Shown here: piece by piece, positions 49,067-59,359 of the stretch
Layout: every line of letters begins with the position of its first letter
Position numbering within the stretch: position 1 is the stretch's first letter
Origin: Desulfomonilia bacterium
GTDB lineage: Bacteria > Desulfobacterota > Desulfomonilia > UBA1062
NCBI GenBank assembly: GCA_963664325.2
Contig: CAXXDQ010000007.1
Coordinates: 128,001-192,000 of the forward strand
Length of the DNA: 64,000 nt
Direction: 5' to 3'
The notes under the pieces: model-generated
What the model was told of the DNA's origin: nothing
Databases searched by the model: none
The model's input: the letters and a program-made list of their open reading frames with translations, nothing else
Made by a program: the position numbers and the translations under genes

Positions 49067-49360
49067 ATCTCAGCCATTCCTTTTTCCATGCGCTGTGCAA
49101 AAACCGACGTAATGATTGAGCATAAAAAATGTAGTTTCCGTTTTACAACAATAAAGATGCGCCCTCACGGCGGTAATCTGCCCCGAGCCGTTGGCAATAA
49201 GATTAAATCTTATTAAATTCAAATCCGCATTCTCCTCGGAAGCTGTATCCGCAAGATTTTAATAACTGCCTTTCTTATCAATGTTCTTTAAAAAATTATT
49301 GGTTCCCTTGTTCGGTTCTCACCCAGCGTTGATAAGAAGCAATTAGTTAATTACGATATG

Positions 49361-49375
49361 GCAAATATGATACCA
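49361..49375 (-). promoter_or_regulatory. Sigma-54 (-24/-12) promoter for etfBA operon
   Basis: TGGTATCATATTTGC (GG-N10-GC). Confidence 0.75.
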
Positions 49376-49440
49376 TCGTTCCAACTGACTGATATTATAA
49401 TAATAAGATTGTTATGATGACTTCAGTAACTGGTCTTTAA

Positions 49441-49478
49441 TGGGGTATATTTACCCAGCAAAGGGGTATTTTACTCCT
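49441..49478. promoter_or_regulatory. Paired upstream activator sites
   Basis: TGGGGTATATTTACCCA and AGGGGTATTTTACTCCT, same motif as at 51540, 55642 and 60304. Confidence 0.7.
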
Positions 49479-49718
49479 TCTTGCAGATACTCAGGCTTTT
49501 CTTAAATCAAGAAGTCCTGAGTGTAGATTGCCATGAGGCTTGCAATTGAAAAAATCAGCCGGAATATTCCGGAACAAAGCTGATCGCGGGCGATATCTCC
49601 TTGTTTACAGAAATAAGCGACAGAAGGGTAGGATTTATCTTCCTGAAGTGAAATGAATTTCAACTGAAATTATTTCAATATTGGTTAAGGCGCTTTTTTA
49701 TGATAACTGTATTTTCTT

Positions 49719-49931
49719 ATGAAATGCAGATTCGGCGATGAGCACATGTATGAATTACATGAGGGTGACTCCAAAAACAGGTGTTTCTTGTGTAAGGAAT
49801 CCTGTGAAAAGACATTCACTGTAAGGGAAATCAAGTCCCAGAAAATGGTTCATTTATGCAAAGACTGCATGGTCAATAATATATCCGACTATATTCTTGA
49901 CAATACGAGACCGTGGGAAGAATCTGATTAA
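49719..49931 (+). CDS. Small zinc-ribbon-like protein
   Basis: CFLC...HLCKDC pair of CxxC motifs; alternative start at 49746. Confidence 0.6.
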   Translation: MKCRFGDEHMYELHEGDSKNRCFLCKESCEKTFTVREIKSQKMVHLCKDCMVNNISDYILDNTRPWEESD

Positions 49932-51034
49932 TTCTGTCTTGGGAATTTCAGCAGAAAAGTGGTTCCCTCTCCTTCTTTGGAGGACACTTCAATCTGGCCG
50001 TTATGGGCATCCATGATTTTCTTGCAGAATGTAAGTCCCAGTCCGGAACCCTTGTAAGGTTCCCTCTTGCCAAGAACACGGTAAAAAGGCTCAAATATGA
50101 ATTGAATCTTGTCGGCGGGTATGCCTTTGCCGGTGTCGGTTATCTCAACAGTGACATAATATTCATCATAGGAAATTTTTGAAGTAATGCTGCCGCCGGG
50201 GTCCGTGTATTTGGTTGCATTCCCGATAATGTTGTTTAATACGCGCAGCAGGCTTTCAGCGTCTCCCAGAATTTCAGGAATGTTGTCAGGAGGAGGTTCA
50301 AGCGTAACGTTGATTTCCCTTTTTTCGGAAATCGGGGACATGTCTTCAATGGCGACCTTAATAAGTTCGGGAAGATTGACAGGCTCCTTTGATATTGAAA
50401 AGGATTCGCCTGCGACCCTGTCGATATCCAGCCAGTGATTGACCAGTTCTTCAAGGCTTTTGACGCGCTGGGTGCATTTGTTCAATATTTCGTCACACTG
50501 GGAATCAAATTTGCCGGCATAAAGCACCTTCATCGTCTCCAGGTACTGAAGAACCGCTACCAGGGGTGACCTCATTTCATGGCTGACAAATGTTATGAAA
50601 CTTTTTTCGAAGAGTTCCTTATCCTCTCTGAGCCTTCTGGCCTCTATTTTGAGGCTCCGGTGCTCAAGCCCGCGCTGGGCCAGGACCCTTAACTGGTCCG
50701 GAATAAAGGGCTTTGGAAGATAATCATAAGCCCCTTTTTTCATCGCCTCCACTGCCGAGACAATAGTGGCATATCCTGTTATAACCACAAGGACAATATC
50801 CGGGATGTCTTTTGAAAGGACTTCGAGAACTTCCATGCCGGTCATGCCTGGCATTTTGAGGTCCAGAAAGACCATGTCAGGCTTTCTTTCCCGGGCAAGT
50901 CTGATGCCGTCGGTTCCCTCCGGAGATGTAATCACCTCAAAGCCTGATTTCAAAAGGGTTTGAGAGCACCCGTCCCTGATGGATTCCTCATCGTCGATAA
51001 TCAGGATGAGTGCAGGTTTTCCCGGTTCCGTCAT
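49928..51034 (-). CDS. Hybrid receiver-histidine kinase
   Basis: N-terminal REC (IIDDE, LDLKMP, LPKPF); H-box SHEMRSP, NATKYT, DTGKG, GSGLGL. Confidence 0.93.
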   Translation of the reverse strand: MTEPGKPALILIIDDEESIRDGCSQTLLKSGFEVITSPEGTDGIRLARERKPDMVFLDLKMPGMTGMEVLEVLSKDIPDIVLVVITGYATIVSAVEAMKKGAYDYLPKPFIPDQLRVLAQRGLEHRSLKIEARRLREDKELFEKSFITFVSHEMRSPLVAVLQYLETMKVLYAGKFDSQCDEILNKCTQRVKSLEELVNHWLDIDRVAGESFSISKEPVNLPELIKVAIEDMSPISEKREINVTLEPPPDNIPEILGDAESLLRVLNNIIGNATKYTDPGGSITSKISYDEYYVTVEITDTGKGIPADKIQFIFEPFYRVLGKREPYKGSGLGLTFCKKIMDAHNGQIEVSSKEGEGTTFLLKFPRQN

Positions 51035-51040
51035 TTAAGG

Positions 51041-51430
51041 CTATCCGACCAATGCGTTTACCTGGGTAATCAGGTCATTTGCCATTATCGGCTTTGTGAG
51101 AACCCTCTCTACTTTCGGTGCATCATCCGTCGGCTGGTTCGGCTCGTCATAGGGGCCGTGAAGGTCGACGGCGCTCAACATTATCAGCTTTATATTCTTG
51201 GTGGCGTCTGAACCCCTTAATCTCGATACGACATTAAAACCTTCACTCCATGTCTCCATCATCATATCGACGATAGCAAGGTCCGGGTGCAGCTTGGTCG
51301 CAAATTCAACTCCGCTTCTTCCATCTTCCGCAACAAATACTTCATATCCCGCGTTTTCAAGAATAAGCTTGGTTGCAGTGCAGAAATCATTATCATCATC
51401 GATAATAAGGACTTTTTTCTTTGAGCTCAT
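51041..51430 (-). CDS. Single-domain response regulator
   Basis: IIDDD, VDMMME, LTKP. Confidence 0.9.
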   Translation of the reverse strand: MSSKKKVLIIDDDNDFCTATKLILENAGYEVFVAEDGRSGVEFATKLHPDLAIVDMMMETWSEGFNVVSRLRGSDATKNIKLIMLSAVDLHGPYDEPNQPTDDAPKVERVLTKPIMANDLITQVNALVG

Positions 51431-51463
51431 CTTTTACCTCCTTAAGTATAATAAATTATGAGA

Positions 51464-51478
51464 GCAAATGGGATGCCA
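51464..51478 (-). promoter_or_regulatory. Sigma-54 promoter
   Basis: TGGCATCCCATTTGC. Confidence 0.8.
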
Positions 51479-51539
51479 ATATGTATTATAGCGATATTAT
51501 TAAAATAAATAGGATTGTTACTGATTCAACAGTTGTTGA

Positions 51540-51578
51540 TGGGGTGAATATACCCATATTTGATTCACTTTTACCCAC
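51540..51578. promoter_or_regulatory. Upstream activator sites
   Basis: TGGGGTGAATATACCCA plus half-site TTTTACCCAC. Confidence 0.65.
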
Positions 51579-51585
51579 TATCTTG

Positions 51586-52923
51586 TCACTCCTTGGTTTT
51601 TATTCCGTAATTTCTTATTTTGAGCCTTAAGGTTTTCCTGTCAATCCCCAGGAAACAGGCTGTTTTAGATATCTGGAAATTGAAATGGTCCAGGGCCTTT
51701 TCGATATGTTCCTTCTCGACTTCGACAAGAGTCATCCTGCCGGAAACAGAGTCAAAAACCGGGGTTTTAGGCTCTGTTTTCTGTCCGTAATACAGGATAT
51801 CGGACAGGGATATCTCTTCGTTGTTGCAGAGCACGCAGAGCCTTTCTATGGTATTCTTCAGTTCCCTTACGTTCCCGGGCCAGGTGTAAGAAACTATGGA
51901 TTTCTTTGCTTCCTCGGAAAGGAAAAAAGTTTTGTCGCTGTGTTTTTTGCTGAAAAAGTCCAGGTAATATTCTGCAATGGGCAGAATATCGGATTTGTGT
52001 TCTCTCAAGGGTTTGATATGAATGGGCACCACCGATATTCTGTAGAAAAGGTCCTCTCTGAATTCTGATCTGTCAACCATTGCACGAAGATCTTTGTTTG
52101 TGGCGGTTATAAGGCGGACATCCACTTTTTCAGGCACCGAACTGCCGACCCTTGGCACTTCCTGCTCCTGAATGACCCTGAGCAGCTTTGCCTGGACGGA
52201 AAGGCTCAGATTGGATATCTCGTCGATGAACAGTGTCCCCTTGTTAGCCATCTGGAAGCGTCCGTCACGTGTTTCCGTCGCCCCGCTGAATGAACCCTTG
52301 ACATGGCCGAAAAGCTCTGTTTCCATAAGATTTTCTACCAGGGATGAACAGTCCACAGGCAGGTATGGCTTGGATGATCTTGTACTTAACTTGTGTATTG
52401 TACTTGCAATGAGCTCTTTGCCAGTGCCGCTCTCACCTGTCAGGAGCACTGTGCTGTTTGTTCTGGCTACCCTTTTTATGGTGTCCTTGAGTTCTTTCAG
52501 ATATTCGCTGTTACCGATCAATGTCCTTATCGGTTCGTCTGCAGGTTCGTTATCTTCTGTATTGATGGCACTCTGGACAATGTTTTTTATCTCCTGAGTC
52601 GTAAAGGGTTTTGTCAGGAAGTCGAATGCACCGAGTTTCATAGCTTCAACGCTCAATGAGATGGTGCCATATCCTGTTATTACGATTATCTTGCTTTTAA
52701 TATGGCCCTTGACCTTTTTAAGGATTTCCATGCCGTCCATCCTGGGCATGCGGAGATCAAGCAGAATCACATCATAAATATCCTTTAATGACATCTCCAG
52801 GCCATGCAGTGCGTCACCTGTTGAATCAGTAATATAGCCGGCCTTGCTCAGTGTCTGGTGACAGCCGTCCCTGATGGATTCTTCATCATCAATAATCAGG
52901 ATTCTTTTTTTATCGCTCACCAC
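51586..52923 (-). CDS. Sigma-54-dependent response regulator (NtrC/AtoC family)
   Basis: REC domain; GESGTGKE, ELFGHVKGSFSGA, FIDEI, FREDLFYR, WPGNVREL; Fis-type HTH. Confidence 0.95.
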   Translation of the reverse strand: MVSDKKRILIIDDEESIRDGCHQTLSKAGYITDSTGDALHGLEMSLKDIYDVILLDLRMPRMDGMEILKKVKGHIKSKIIVITGYGTISLSVEAMKLGAFDFLTKPFTTQEIKNIVQSAINTEDNEPADEPIRTLIGNSEYLKELKDTIKRVARTNSTVLLTGESGTGKELIASTIHKLSTRSSKPYLPVDCSSLVENLMETELFGHVKGSFSGATETRDGRFQMANKGTLFIDEISNLSLSVQAKLLRVIQEQEVPRVGSSVPEKVDVRLITATNKDLRAMVDRSEFREDLFYRISVVPIHIKPLREHKSDILPIAEYYLDFFSKKHSDKTFFLSEEAKKSIVSYTWPGNVRELKNTIERLCVLCNNEEISLSDILYYGQKTEPKTPVFDSVSGRMTLVEVEKEHIEKALDHFNFQISKTACFLGIDRKTLRLKIRNYGIKTKE

Positions 52924-52940
52924 TTAATGCTGCTCCTTAA

Positions 52941-54917
52941 TCACAGCTTCTGGCCATGAGGCAGGACAGGGAGTGTAATGATAAAAGCAGTTCCCTTGCC
53001 AGGTTCGCTTTCGACCTCGATAATGCCATTGTGATTCTTAATAATACTATAAACGATTGAAAGTCCAAGTCCAGTTCCCTGGCCGGGGTCCTTCGTCGTA
53101 AAGAACGGTTCGAAGATATGTGATAAGTTTGATTTTTCAATGCCGTAACCTGTATCGGCAACCCAGATTCTTACAAATGCACTGTCGGTATACCTGGTTC
53201 TGATGGTCAGCCTGCCGGATCCTTTCATGGCATCAGAAGCATTTGTAAAGATATTGATAAACACCTCTTCAAGCCTGAGACGGTCGCCATAAACCTCCGG
53301 GAGGTCCGTTCCCAAATCGTCGATTATCTCGATCTCGTTGAAAACAGGCTGGACTTTTACAAGATCAAGTGTCGTTAAAATTATCCTGTTTATATCAAGC
53401 GGTATCATTTCAGACTGGGGTGCGCGCGAAAAGCTGAGAAGCTCCTGGACAATCCCTTTGCACCTGTTCGTCTGGTATATTATTTTTTCCAAGTTGCTGC
53501 GGTTAGGGTCCGTTTGCGGAAGGTCTTCCAGCACGAGACTGGAATAAAGCAGAATTCCTCCTAGAGGGTTGTTGATCTCATGTGCCACACCGGCAGCCAT
53601 ATGCCCTATCGCGGCAAGCCTTTCGGCTTTAGTTATCTGTATAAAAGCCTTTTGCAGCCTTTCGTCCCTTTCTTTAAGGGATTTGGCCATGTTGTTCAAC
53701 GCCTCCTCAAGCATGTTGAAACCTGAAGTTTTGTCTGGCTTTACCTGATAAGCAAGGTTGCCTGAACCGATTGCCTCGGTGGCCTCTTTCAGGATGCGCA
53801 TTCTTTTTACGATTGAATGGCCCAATGTGTAGGACAGGAAGAACGCAACTAGCACCCCTGCTACGGTTATTCCAAGAAATATCATAATGGTTCTGTGTTG
53901 CTGGTCCATGAATTTCTCTTCAAGGATGCCCGTGTAGATAATGCCTATGATAATATTGTTGGGATCCCTGATGGGTATATATGTACTGAAATACCAGTTG
54001 TTTACAACGAATGCACGCCGGCCGGTCCATTCTTTTCCGGACTTTATCACCTTGTTGTAAACCTCTTCCGATAGTATTGTTCCGACGGCCCGTTTAGCTT
54101 CAGATGTAAGGACAGTGGTCGAAACCCTTACACCTCCCAGAAACAGGGTTGCATATCCCAGGTCCTTGCCTTTGTATAGTTCGTGGTGATAAAGCGTCTC
54201 GCTGATCTGGTCAACGATGGAAAAGTCCCTGTTTATGAGAACTCCTCCGACAAGGGCGCCAAGCAGTTTGTTGTTGACGTCGAATATCGGGAATGCCGCA
54301 CGGAGCACCAGGCCGTCTTTTAAGACGGAGTAGGGGTAATTTATGGAATGCGGGGTGCTGACCAGCGGAACCCTTATCCTGTTTGCCAGTCTGGGATTTT
54401 CCTTGTTTACTGATTCAAAGGACATCAGGATTGTTCCGGAAACAGGACTGCCGTTATCAAGGCATCTTTTTGCAACAGGATCCCAGCGCAGGCTGTTTCC
54501 TTGGGCTCCGGGATTTGAAGCGCTGTAGAGAACCTTTCCTGAAGTGTCGGTTACGGAAAGCATGTCCAGACCCGGCATGTTCTCAGAGGTTCTTATCCCG
54601 TCCTTCAACATTGTCCCGAGCGCTTCATGCAAGTCGATATTTTTGTCTGAAAAGGCTTTCTGCAAAGGAAATTTCAAGGATAAAATCTGCAGTTGAGTCG
54701 AGAGCTTTTCGAGCTGGTATTCATATATCAGTCTAGCAGTACTTATATTCTGCTTGATCTCCCTTTTGAGCAGGTCGTTCGTGTTCGAGTTGATTATCCT
54801 GATGCCGACTGCAGAAGTAATTAAACCGGTAAGGCTGGTGGCGATTAAAAACACAATAAACAGCCAAGTTCGAAGACTGAAGGGTTTTTTTAAGAGCATG
54901 TCTTTATAGAATATCAT
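52941..54917 (-). CDS. Membrane sensor histidine kinase with Cache and HAMP domains
   Basis: Two TMs, 'ATLFLGGVRVSTTV...RAVGT..SEEV' Cache_3-like segment, AHEINNPL, FFTTK..G.GTGLGL. Confidence 0.93.
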   Translation of the reverse strand: MIFYKDMLLKKPFSLRTWLFIVFLIATSLTGLITSAVGIRIINSNTNDLLKREIKQNISTARLIYEYQLEKLSTQLQILSLKFPLQKAFSDKNIDLHEALGTMLKDGIRTSENMPGLDMLSVTDTSGKVLYSASNPGAQGNSLRWDPVAKRCLDNGSPVSGTILMSFESVNKENPRLANRIRVPLVSTPHSINYPYSVLKDGLVLRAAFPIFDVNNKLLGALVGGVLINRDFSIVDQISETLYHHELYKGKDLGYATLFLGGVRVSTTVLTSEAKRAVGTILSEEVYNKVIKSGKEWTGRRAFVVNNWYFSTYIPIRDPNNIIIGIIYTGILEEKFMDQQHRTIMIFLGITVAGVLVAFFLSYTLGHSIVKRMRILKEATEAIGSGNLAYQVKPDKTSGFNMLEEALNNMAKSLKERDERLQKAFIQITKAERLAAIGHMAAGVAHEINNPLGGILLYSSLVLEDLPQTDPNRSNLEKIIYQTNRCKGIVQELLSFSRAPQSEMIPLDINRIILTTLDLVKVQPVFNEIEIIDDLGTDLPEVYGDRLRLEEVFINIFTNASDAMKGSGRLTIRTRYTDSAFVRIWVADTGYGIEKSNLSHIFEPFFTTKDPGQGTGLGLSIVYSIIKNHNGIIEVESEPGKGTAFIITLPVLPHGQKL

Positions 54918-55080
54918 TCCGGGAATACAAAATCAATTTGCAAGAATAAATAGTCTGCACCATTTGGGAACCTCGGGTTGTCCTTGATCACGGGGCAACC
55001 CGTGCTGTTTGTCAAACCGATTTGTTAAGAGACTTGTCTTCGCACGCATCGGGAAATGCGGGAGCCTTTGAGCTTTTGTC

Positions 55081-55485
55081 CTAAGCCTTTGCGGCTGCCG
55101 CATTGAGCAGCCTTTCCGCCTTGTAGATAAGGTCGGAAAAGGAAATCGGCTTTGAAATATAATCATCCGCCGGCAGATATTCGCTGTCTTCCTCTAAGGA
55201 ATATTTAATTCCGGTTTTGTCTGTAATCGCAGTAAGCATGAGTATGGGTATCGGGCATAATGCAGGGTTTGCCTTTAATTCCCGGCAAAGGTCAAAGCCG
55301 TCGGTCATTTTTTCCATCATGACATCGAGTATGATCAGCTGGGGTTTTTCATTGAGGATGGAAGCCTTTCCTTCTCTTATGTTATATGCCTGCTCAACCC
55401 TGTAGCCTCGGGATTCAAGCATGAGTTTAAGCGATTCACTGTAATCTTCATCATCATCCACAATCAATATTTTTCCTTTTATCAT
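55081..55485 (-). CDS. Single-domain response regulator
   Basis: IVDDD, LDVMMEKMTDG, ISKP. Confidence 0.9.
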   Translation of the reverse strand: MIKGKILIVDDDEDYSESLKLMLESRGYRVEQAYNIREGKASILNEKPQLIILDVMMEKMTDGFDLCRELKANPALCPIPILMLTAITDKTGIKYSLEEDSEYLPADDYISKPISFSDLIYKAERLLNAAAAKA

Positions 55486-55564
55486 GTGAATCCTCCTGAA
55501 ATTCTTTTATTATTAGCCCTCTAGCAGGACAATCATTGTCACCGGATCTATTAAAGTTAAGAAA

Positions 55565-55579
55565 GCAAGATTGATACCA
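55565..55579 (-). promoter_or_regulatory. Sigma-54 promoter
   Basis: TGGTATCAATCTTGC. Confidence 0.75.
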
Positions 55580-55641
55580 TTTCAGAACTTGCTGAAATTG
55601 TGGCATATATGATTGGCCCTTTCAGGTAAAAGGCATGTTTA

Positions 55642-55677
55642 TGGGGAATTGTACCCCATGTGGGGAATTTATACGCA
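55642..55677. promoter_or_regulatory. Paired upstream activator sites
   Basis: TGGGGAATTGTACCCCA and TGGGGAATTTATACGCA. Confidence 0.7.
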
Positions 55678-55888
55678 TGGCATTCGAACGGGCACTATCT
55701 TTTAAATCTCTGGTCAACAAGCCGAATGCAAATAAAAGTTTATTTTCTCAGACGGTCAGGCATTCAGCCGGATTCCCGCCGACCGGCAATTGAGCGTTTC
55801 GAGAAATCACCGGCATGGCTGAAAGGCAAAGACAGGCATATGTCTTCATGCCTTGCCATGCTTTTCAACCCGGTCTTAAATTTTTTAG

Positions 55889-56290
55889 CTAATCGGATTT
55901 ATCAATAAGTTTTTTTATACGTAAGACCAGTTCGGATACAGGGACGGGCTTCTTTACATAATCGTCAGCCTGCAGGTATTCACCGTCCGTTTCCGGAGAG
56001 AATTTAAAGCCGGTCTTGTCCGTTACTGCGGTTACCATGAGAATGGGAATGGTATTGCAGGTCCTGTCATTCTTGAGATCCGAACAGAAATTGAATCCAT
56101 CAGTCATCTTTTCCATCATGACATCCAGGATGATCAGGTCGGGACGCTCTTCTTCGATAAAGGCTCGGCCGTCGCGGATGTTCAATGCGTGCCTGATGCG
56201 GTAGCCCTGGTTCTCCAGAACGATTTTCAATGCCTCGCCATAATCCAGATCGTCATCGACAATCAGGATACTGTTCTTTTTCTCACTCAT
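55889..56290 (-). CDS. Single-domain response regulator (close paralog of 55081-55485)
   Basis: IVDDD, LIILDVMMEKMTDGF, TDKTG, ADDY..KP shared with the paralog. Confidence 0.9.
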   Translation of the reverse strand: MSEKKNSILIVDDDLDYGEALKIVLENQGYRIRHALNIRDGRAFIEEERPDLIILDVMMEKMTDGFNFCSDLKNDRTCNTIPILMVTAVTDKTGFKFSPETDGEYLQADDYVKKPVPVSELVLRIKKLIDKSD

Positions 56291-57329
56291 TTTTCCCTCC
56301 GGTATTGTCATTCCGGGACTTAACGATAGCCAGAGCTACTTCCAGCGTTCCGATATGCACAGGGCAGTAATCCGAGCAGCGGCCGCAGCCCACGCAGCCG
56401 CATAATGCGCCATCGACATCTGTGGCATTAAAGTAAAGCAGCTTGTGTTCATGCCTTCGCTGAAGGCGTGATGACTGCGTCGGGCGGGGGTTGTGTCCGG
56501 ATGCCTCACGCGTGAACCCGTTATACAGGCATGCGTCCCAGGCTTTGATCCGTACTCCGTTTGACGGGTCCTGTGCCTGGTCATATACGTTGAAGCATGT
56601 GCATGTGGGGCACACGAAGGCGCATCCGCCGCATATTATGCACTTGTTGCCCAGTTTATCCCATACCTTGGTGCAATCGGTCCCGGCTGATAATTCCGCC
56701 ATGGTGTCGCTAATATCATTTACTACCGGGATTGCTCCGGCAGCGTTGTTCCGGAAATTCGCAACCAGCTCCAAGGCTTCTTTTTCTTCCATATCGGCAA
56801 ACACCGGTGATTGTACAAGACCGGCGCCGGTATCGCTGCCAATCTCCACCAGAAAACTCCCGCCTGAATCATAGAACTGCAGGTCAAAGCCGCCTGCAGA
56901 TACGGGGCCGCTCCTGGTGGTCGTACAGAAGCATGTCGCGTTCTGCGGTCCGGGGCAGGCAATAACAACCGTAATGACGGCGTCGATACGGGTCTGATAG
57001 TAAGGGTCCGTGTTATCCCTTGTCATGAAGCTCCTGGACTGGATGAGACCCGTCATGTCGCATGCGCGTATTCCGAATATGAGAGTTTTTTCAACAAGGT
57101 TCCTTTCCTCATAGCGCCCGTCATTGATTTCGAAGATTACCTCGCTTTGAGGCAGGAAAAATGATTTAGGGGGCAGGGGAGGCTTTCCGTAGTCAACGGT
57201 AAAAGTCTTTTCATCAAAGGTGTCGAAAATAATGTCTCCCTGAGGCTTGACGCCCGGACAGACAACTTTGTAGTTTCTGGTCCATTCCTTTAGCACGCCA
57301 GGCAGGTCGGTTTTGGCAAGCCGTTTCAT
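56283..57329 (-). CDS. AsrA/sulfhydrogenase-beta-like 4Fe-4S protein
   Basis: FGIRACD, C......TCFC, CIICGGCAFVCPTCTC, CVGCGRCSDYCP. Confidence 0.85.
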   Translation of the reverse strand: MKRLAKTDLPGVLKEWTRNYKVVCPGVKPQGDIIFDTFDEKTFTVDYGKPPLPPKSFFLPQSEVIFEINDGRYEERNLVEKTLIFGIRACDMTGLIQSRSFMTRDNTDPYYQTRIDAVITVVIACPGPQNATCFCTTTRSGPVSAGGFDLQFYDSGGSFLVEIGSDTGAGLVQSPVFADMEEKEALELVANFRNNAAGAIPVVNDISDTMAELSAGTDCTKVWDKLGNKCIICGGCAFVCPTCTCFNVYDQAQDPSNGVRIKAWDACLYNGFTREASGHNPRPTQSSRLQRRHEHKLLYFNATDVDGALCGCVGCGRCSDYCPVHIGTLEVALAIVKSRNDNTGGKNE

Positions 57330-59359
57330 GATATCCTCCTGATTTTGACTGCACAGCCCTTATATTCAGGAATCTTCGAAACCGGGTCAACGGCCGGGCT
57401 TGTGAGGACATTCACCGGGGATTCATGGAAATGGAAAGTTGTGAAGAGGACCTTGCGGGGTACGCGTTTCGTGATCTCGGCACTTGCCGTTATCGTGCCA
57501 CGCCGGCTGGAAATCTCCACAAGGTCTCTGTTCCCGATGGCGAGACGGGAGGCATCATCGGGATTGATAAGGACAAGGGCATGAGACGCCTCCCTCTCAA
57601 GAAGATTCGACCTTCGCGTCATCGTTCCTGTGTGGTACTGATAATAGATGCGTCCCGTGGTGAGGAGAAAATCATATTCTTCATCCGGGGATTCGGCCAG
57701 GGGTTTGAAACCGCAGGGAAGAAAGAGTCCGAGGCCGCGGGTGAACTTGTCCTTGTGCAGGACGGGTGTTCCCGGGTGCTCGGGATTGGGGCAGGGCCAC
57801 TGCAGGCCGTGGCATCGGGAAAGCCTGCCGAATGTAATCCCGGTATATGACGGGGTCAGTTTGTTGATTTCGGCGAGAATATCCTCGGGTGAGGCATATT
57901 CCATGTTGAAACCTGCACTGCGTGCTACTCCGCAGATGATTTCAAAATCCGTACGCGCCTCTCCCGGCGGTTCAACTGCTTTGTAAGCAACCTGGACGCG
58001 GCGTTCGGTGTTGGTATATGTGCCGGTCTTTTCTGCAAAAGATGCGGCCGGAAGCACGACATCGGCCAGCCGTGCCGTTTCAGTCAGAAATATATCCTGA
58101 ACGACCAGAAAGTCCAGGTTGGAAAGCGACTGTTCCACATGCGTGCTGTCCGGGTCGCTCAGTATGGGATTTTCTCCCATGATGTACATGGCCTTGAGGT
58201 CCCCTTTATGTGCGGCCGCCATCATTTCGGTCATGGTAATGCCGGGAGTGGCGTTCAGATCAACTCCCCAGGCCGTTTCAAATTTCTTGCGCGCATCGTC
58301 ATTGGTAACAGGCTGGTAGCCGGAAAAAACATTAGGCAGCCCTCCCATGTCACAGGCCCCCTGAACGTTGTTCTGTCCCCGGAGGGGGTTCACACCTGTA
58401 CCGGGCCTGCCGAGATGGCCGGTGAGCATTGCCAGGTTTGCAATTGACTTGACGTTGTCCGTACCGGTGGTGTGCTGTGTTATGCCCATTGCATAGGCTA
58501 TCATGGCCTTGTCGGCCGCAGCATACATGCGTGCAGCTTTTTCAAGATCATGTATCGGAATGCCTGCTATGGCCTTCACAACCTTCGGCGTATACCGGCA
58601 GACAACCTCCTTAAGGTCGTCAAAACCCTCGGTGCGAGTCTCAACGAATTCCCTGTCATAAAGACCTTCTGCAATAATGATGTTCATCATCCCGTTAAAA
58701 ACTGTGACGTCCGTTCCTATGTTCTGGCACAGGTGCACGTCGGCGTATTCCGCGAGCGGGATCGTGATGGGGTCGATGACGATAAGACTGGCCCCGTTTT
58801 CCTTTGCATTCAATATACGTGAACCGATTAACGGGTGCTGTGATGTCGTATTGCTTCCGGTTACAAGGATAAGGTCGGCCTCCTCGAATTCATTGATCGA
58901 GTTTGTCATGGCGCCGGAACCGAATGTAGCGGCCAGACCGGCCACTGTTGCGCTGTGTCAGAGCCTGGCGCAATGATCGACGTTGTTGGTCTTGAATACC
59001 GCCCTGGCAAGCTTCATCAGAAGATAGTTCTCTTCGTTGGTCACCTTGGCCGAGCAGAGGAAGCCGAGCGCCTCCGGGCCCGAATGTGCTGAAATATCCA
59101 GTAGCCTTCCGGCAACCAGGGACAGCGCCTCATCCCACGATGTCTCCTTAAGCTCTCCGTCCACCCTGACAAGGGGCAGCTTGAGCCTTTCAGGGGCGTT
59201 AACAAAGTCGTAGCCGTTCCAGCCTTTTGCGCACAGCATGCCTTTATTGATGGGATTATCAGGGCAGGGCTCCACTCCTGTTACACGGTTACCTTCACTG
59301 ACAAGATAAAAATTGCACCCGCAACCGCAATAGGGACAAACGCTCAAGGTCCTGCGCAT
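57326..59359 (-). CDS. fdhA: Formate dehydrogenase alpha subunit, selenocysteine-containing (677 aa, Sec134)
   Basis: Two in-frame ORFs joined by TGA at 58958-58960 in DHCARL-U-HSATVAGL; CPYCGCGC, PLRGQNNVQG, Mo/W-bisPGD motifs; no Tat signal. Confidence 0.95.
58928..58946 (-). other. SECIS-like stem-loop downstream of the UGA
   Basis: AGTGGCC-GGTCT-GGCCGCT hairpin starting 11 nt after UGA, resembling the fdhF-type SECIS apex. Confidence 0.8.

Noticed and set aside
49200-49350. 6S RNA or Moco/FMN/c-di-GMP riboswitch in the etfB leader
   Set aside because: The conserved sequence motifs of these families were not recognisable by eye; kept only as an unassigned structured leader
54974-55002. 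Hairpin CGGGTTG...CAACCCG between response regulator and kinase as a terminator
   Set aside because: No U-tract on the coding (minus) strand; may be a stability element but is unsupported as a terminator
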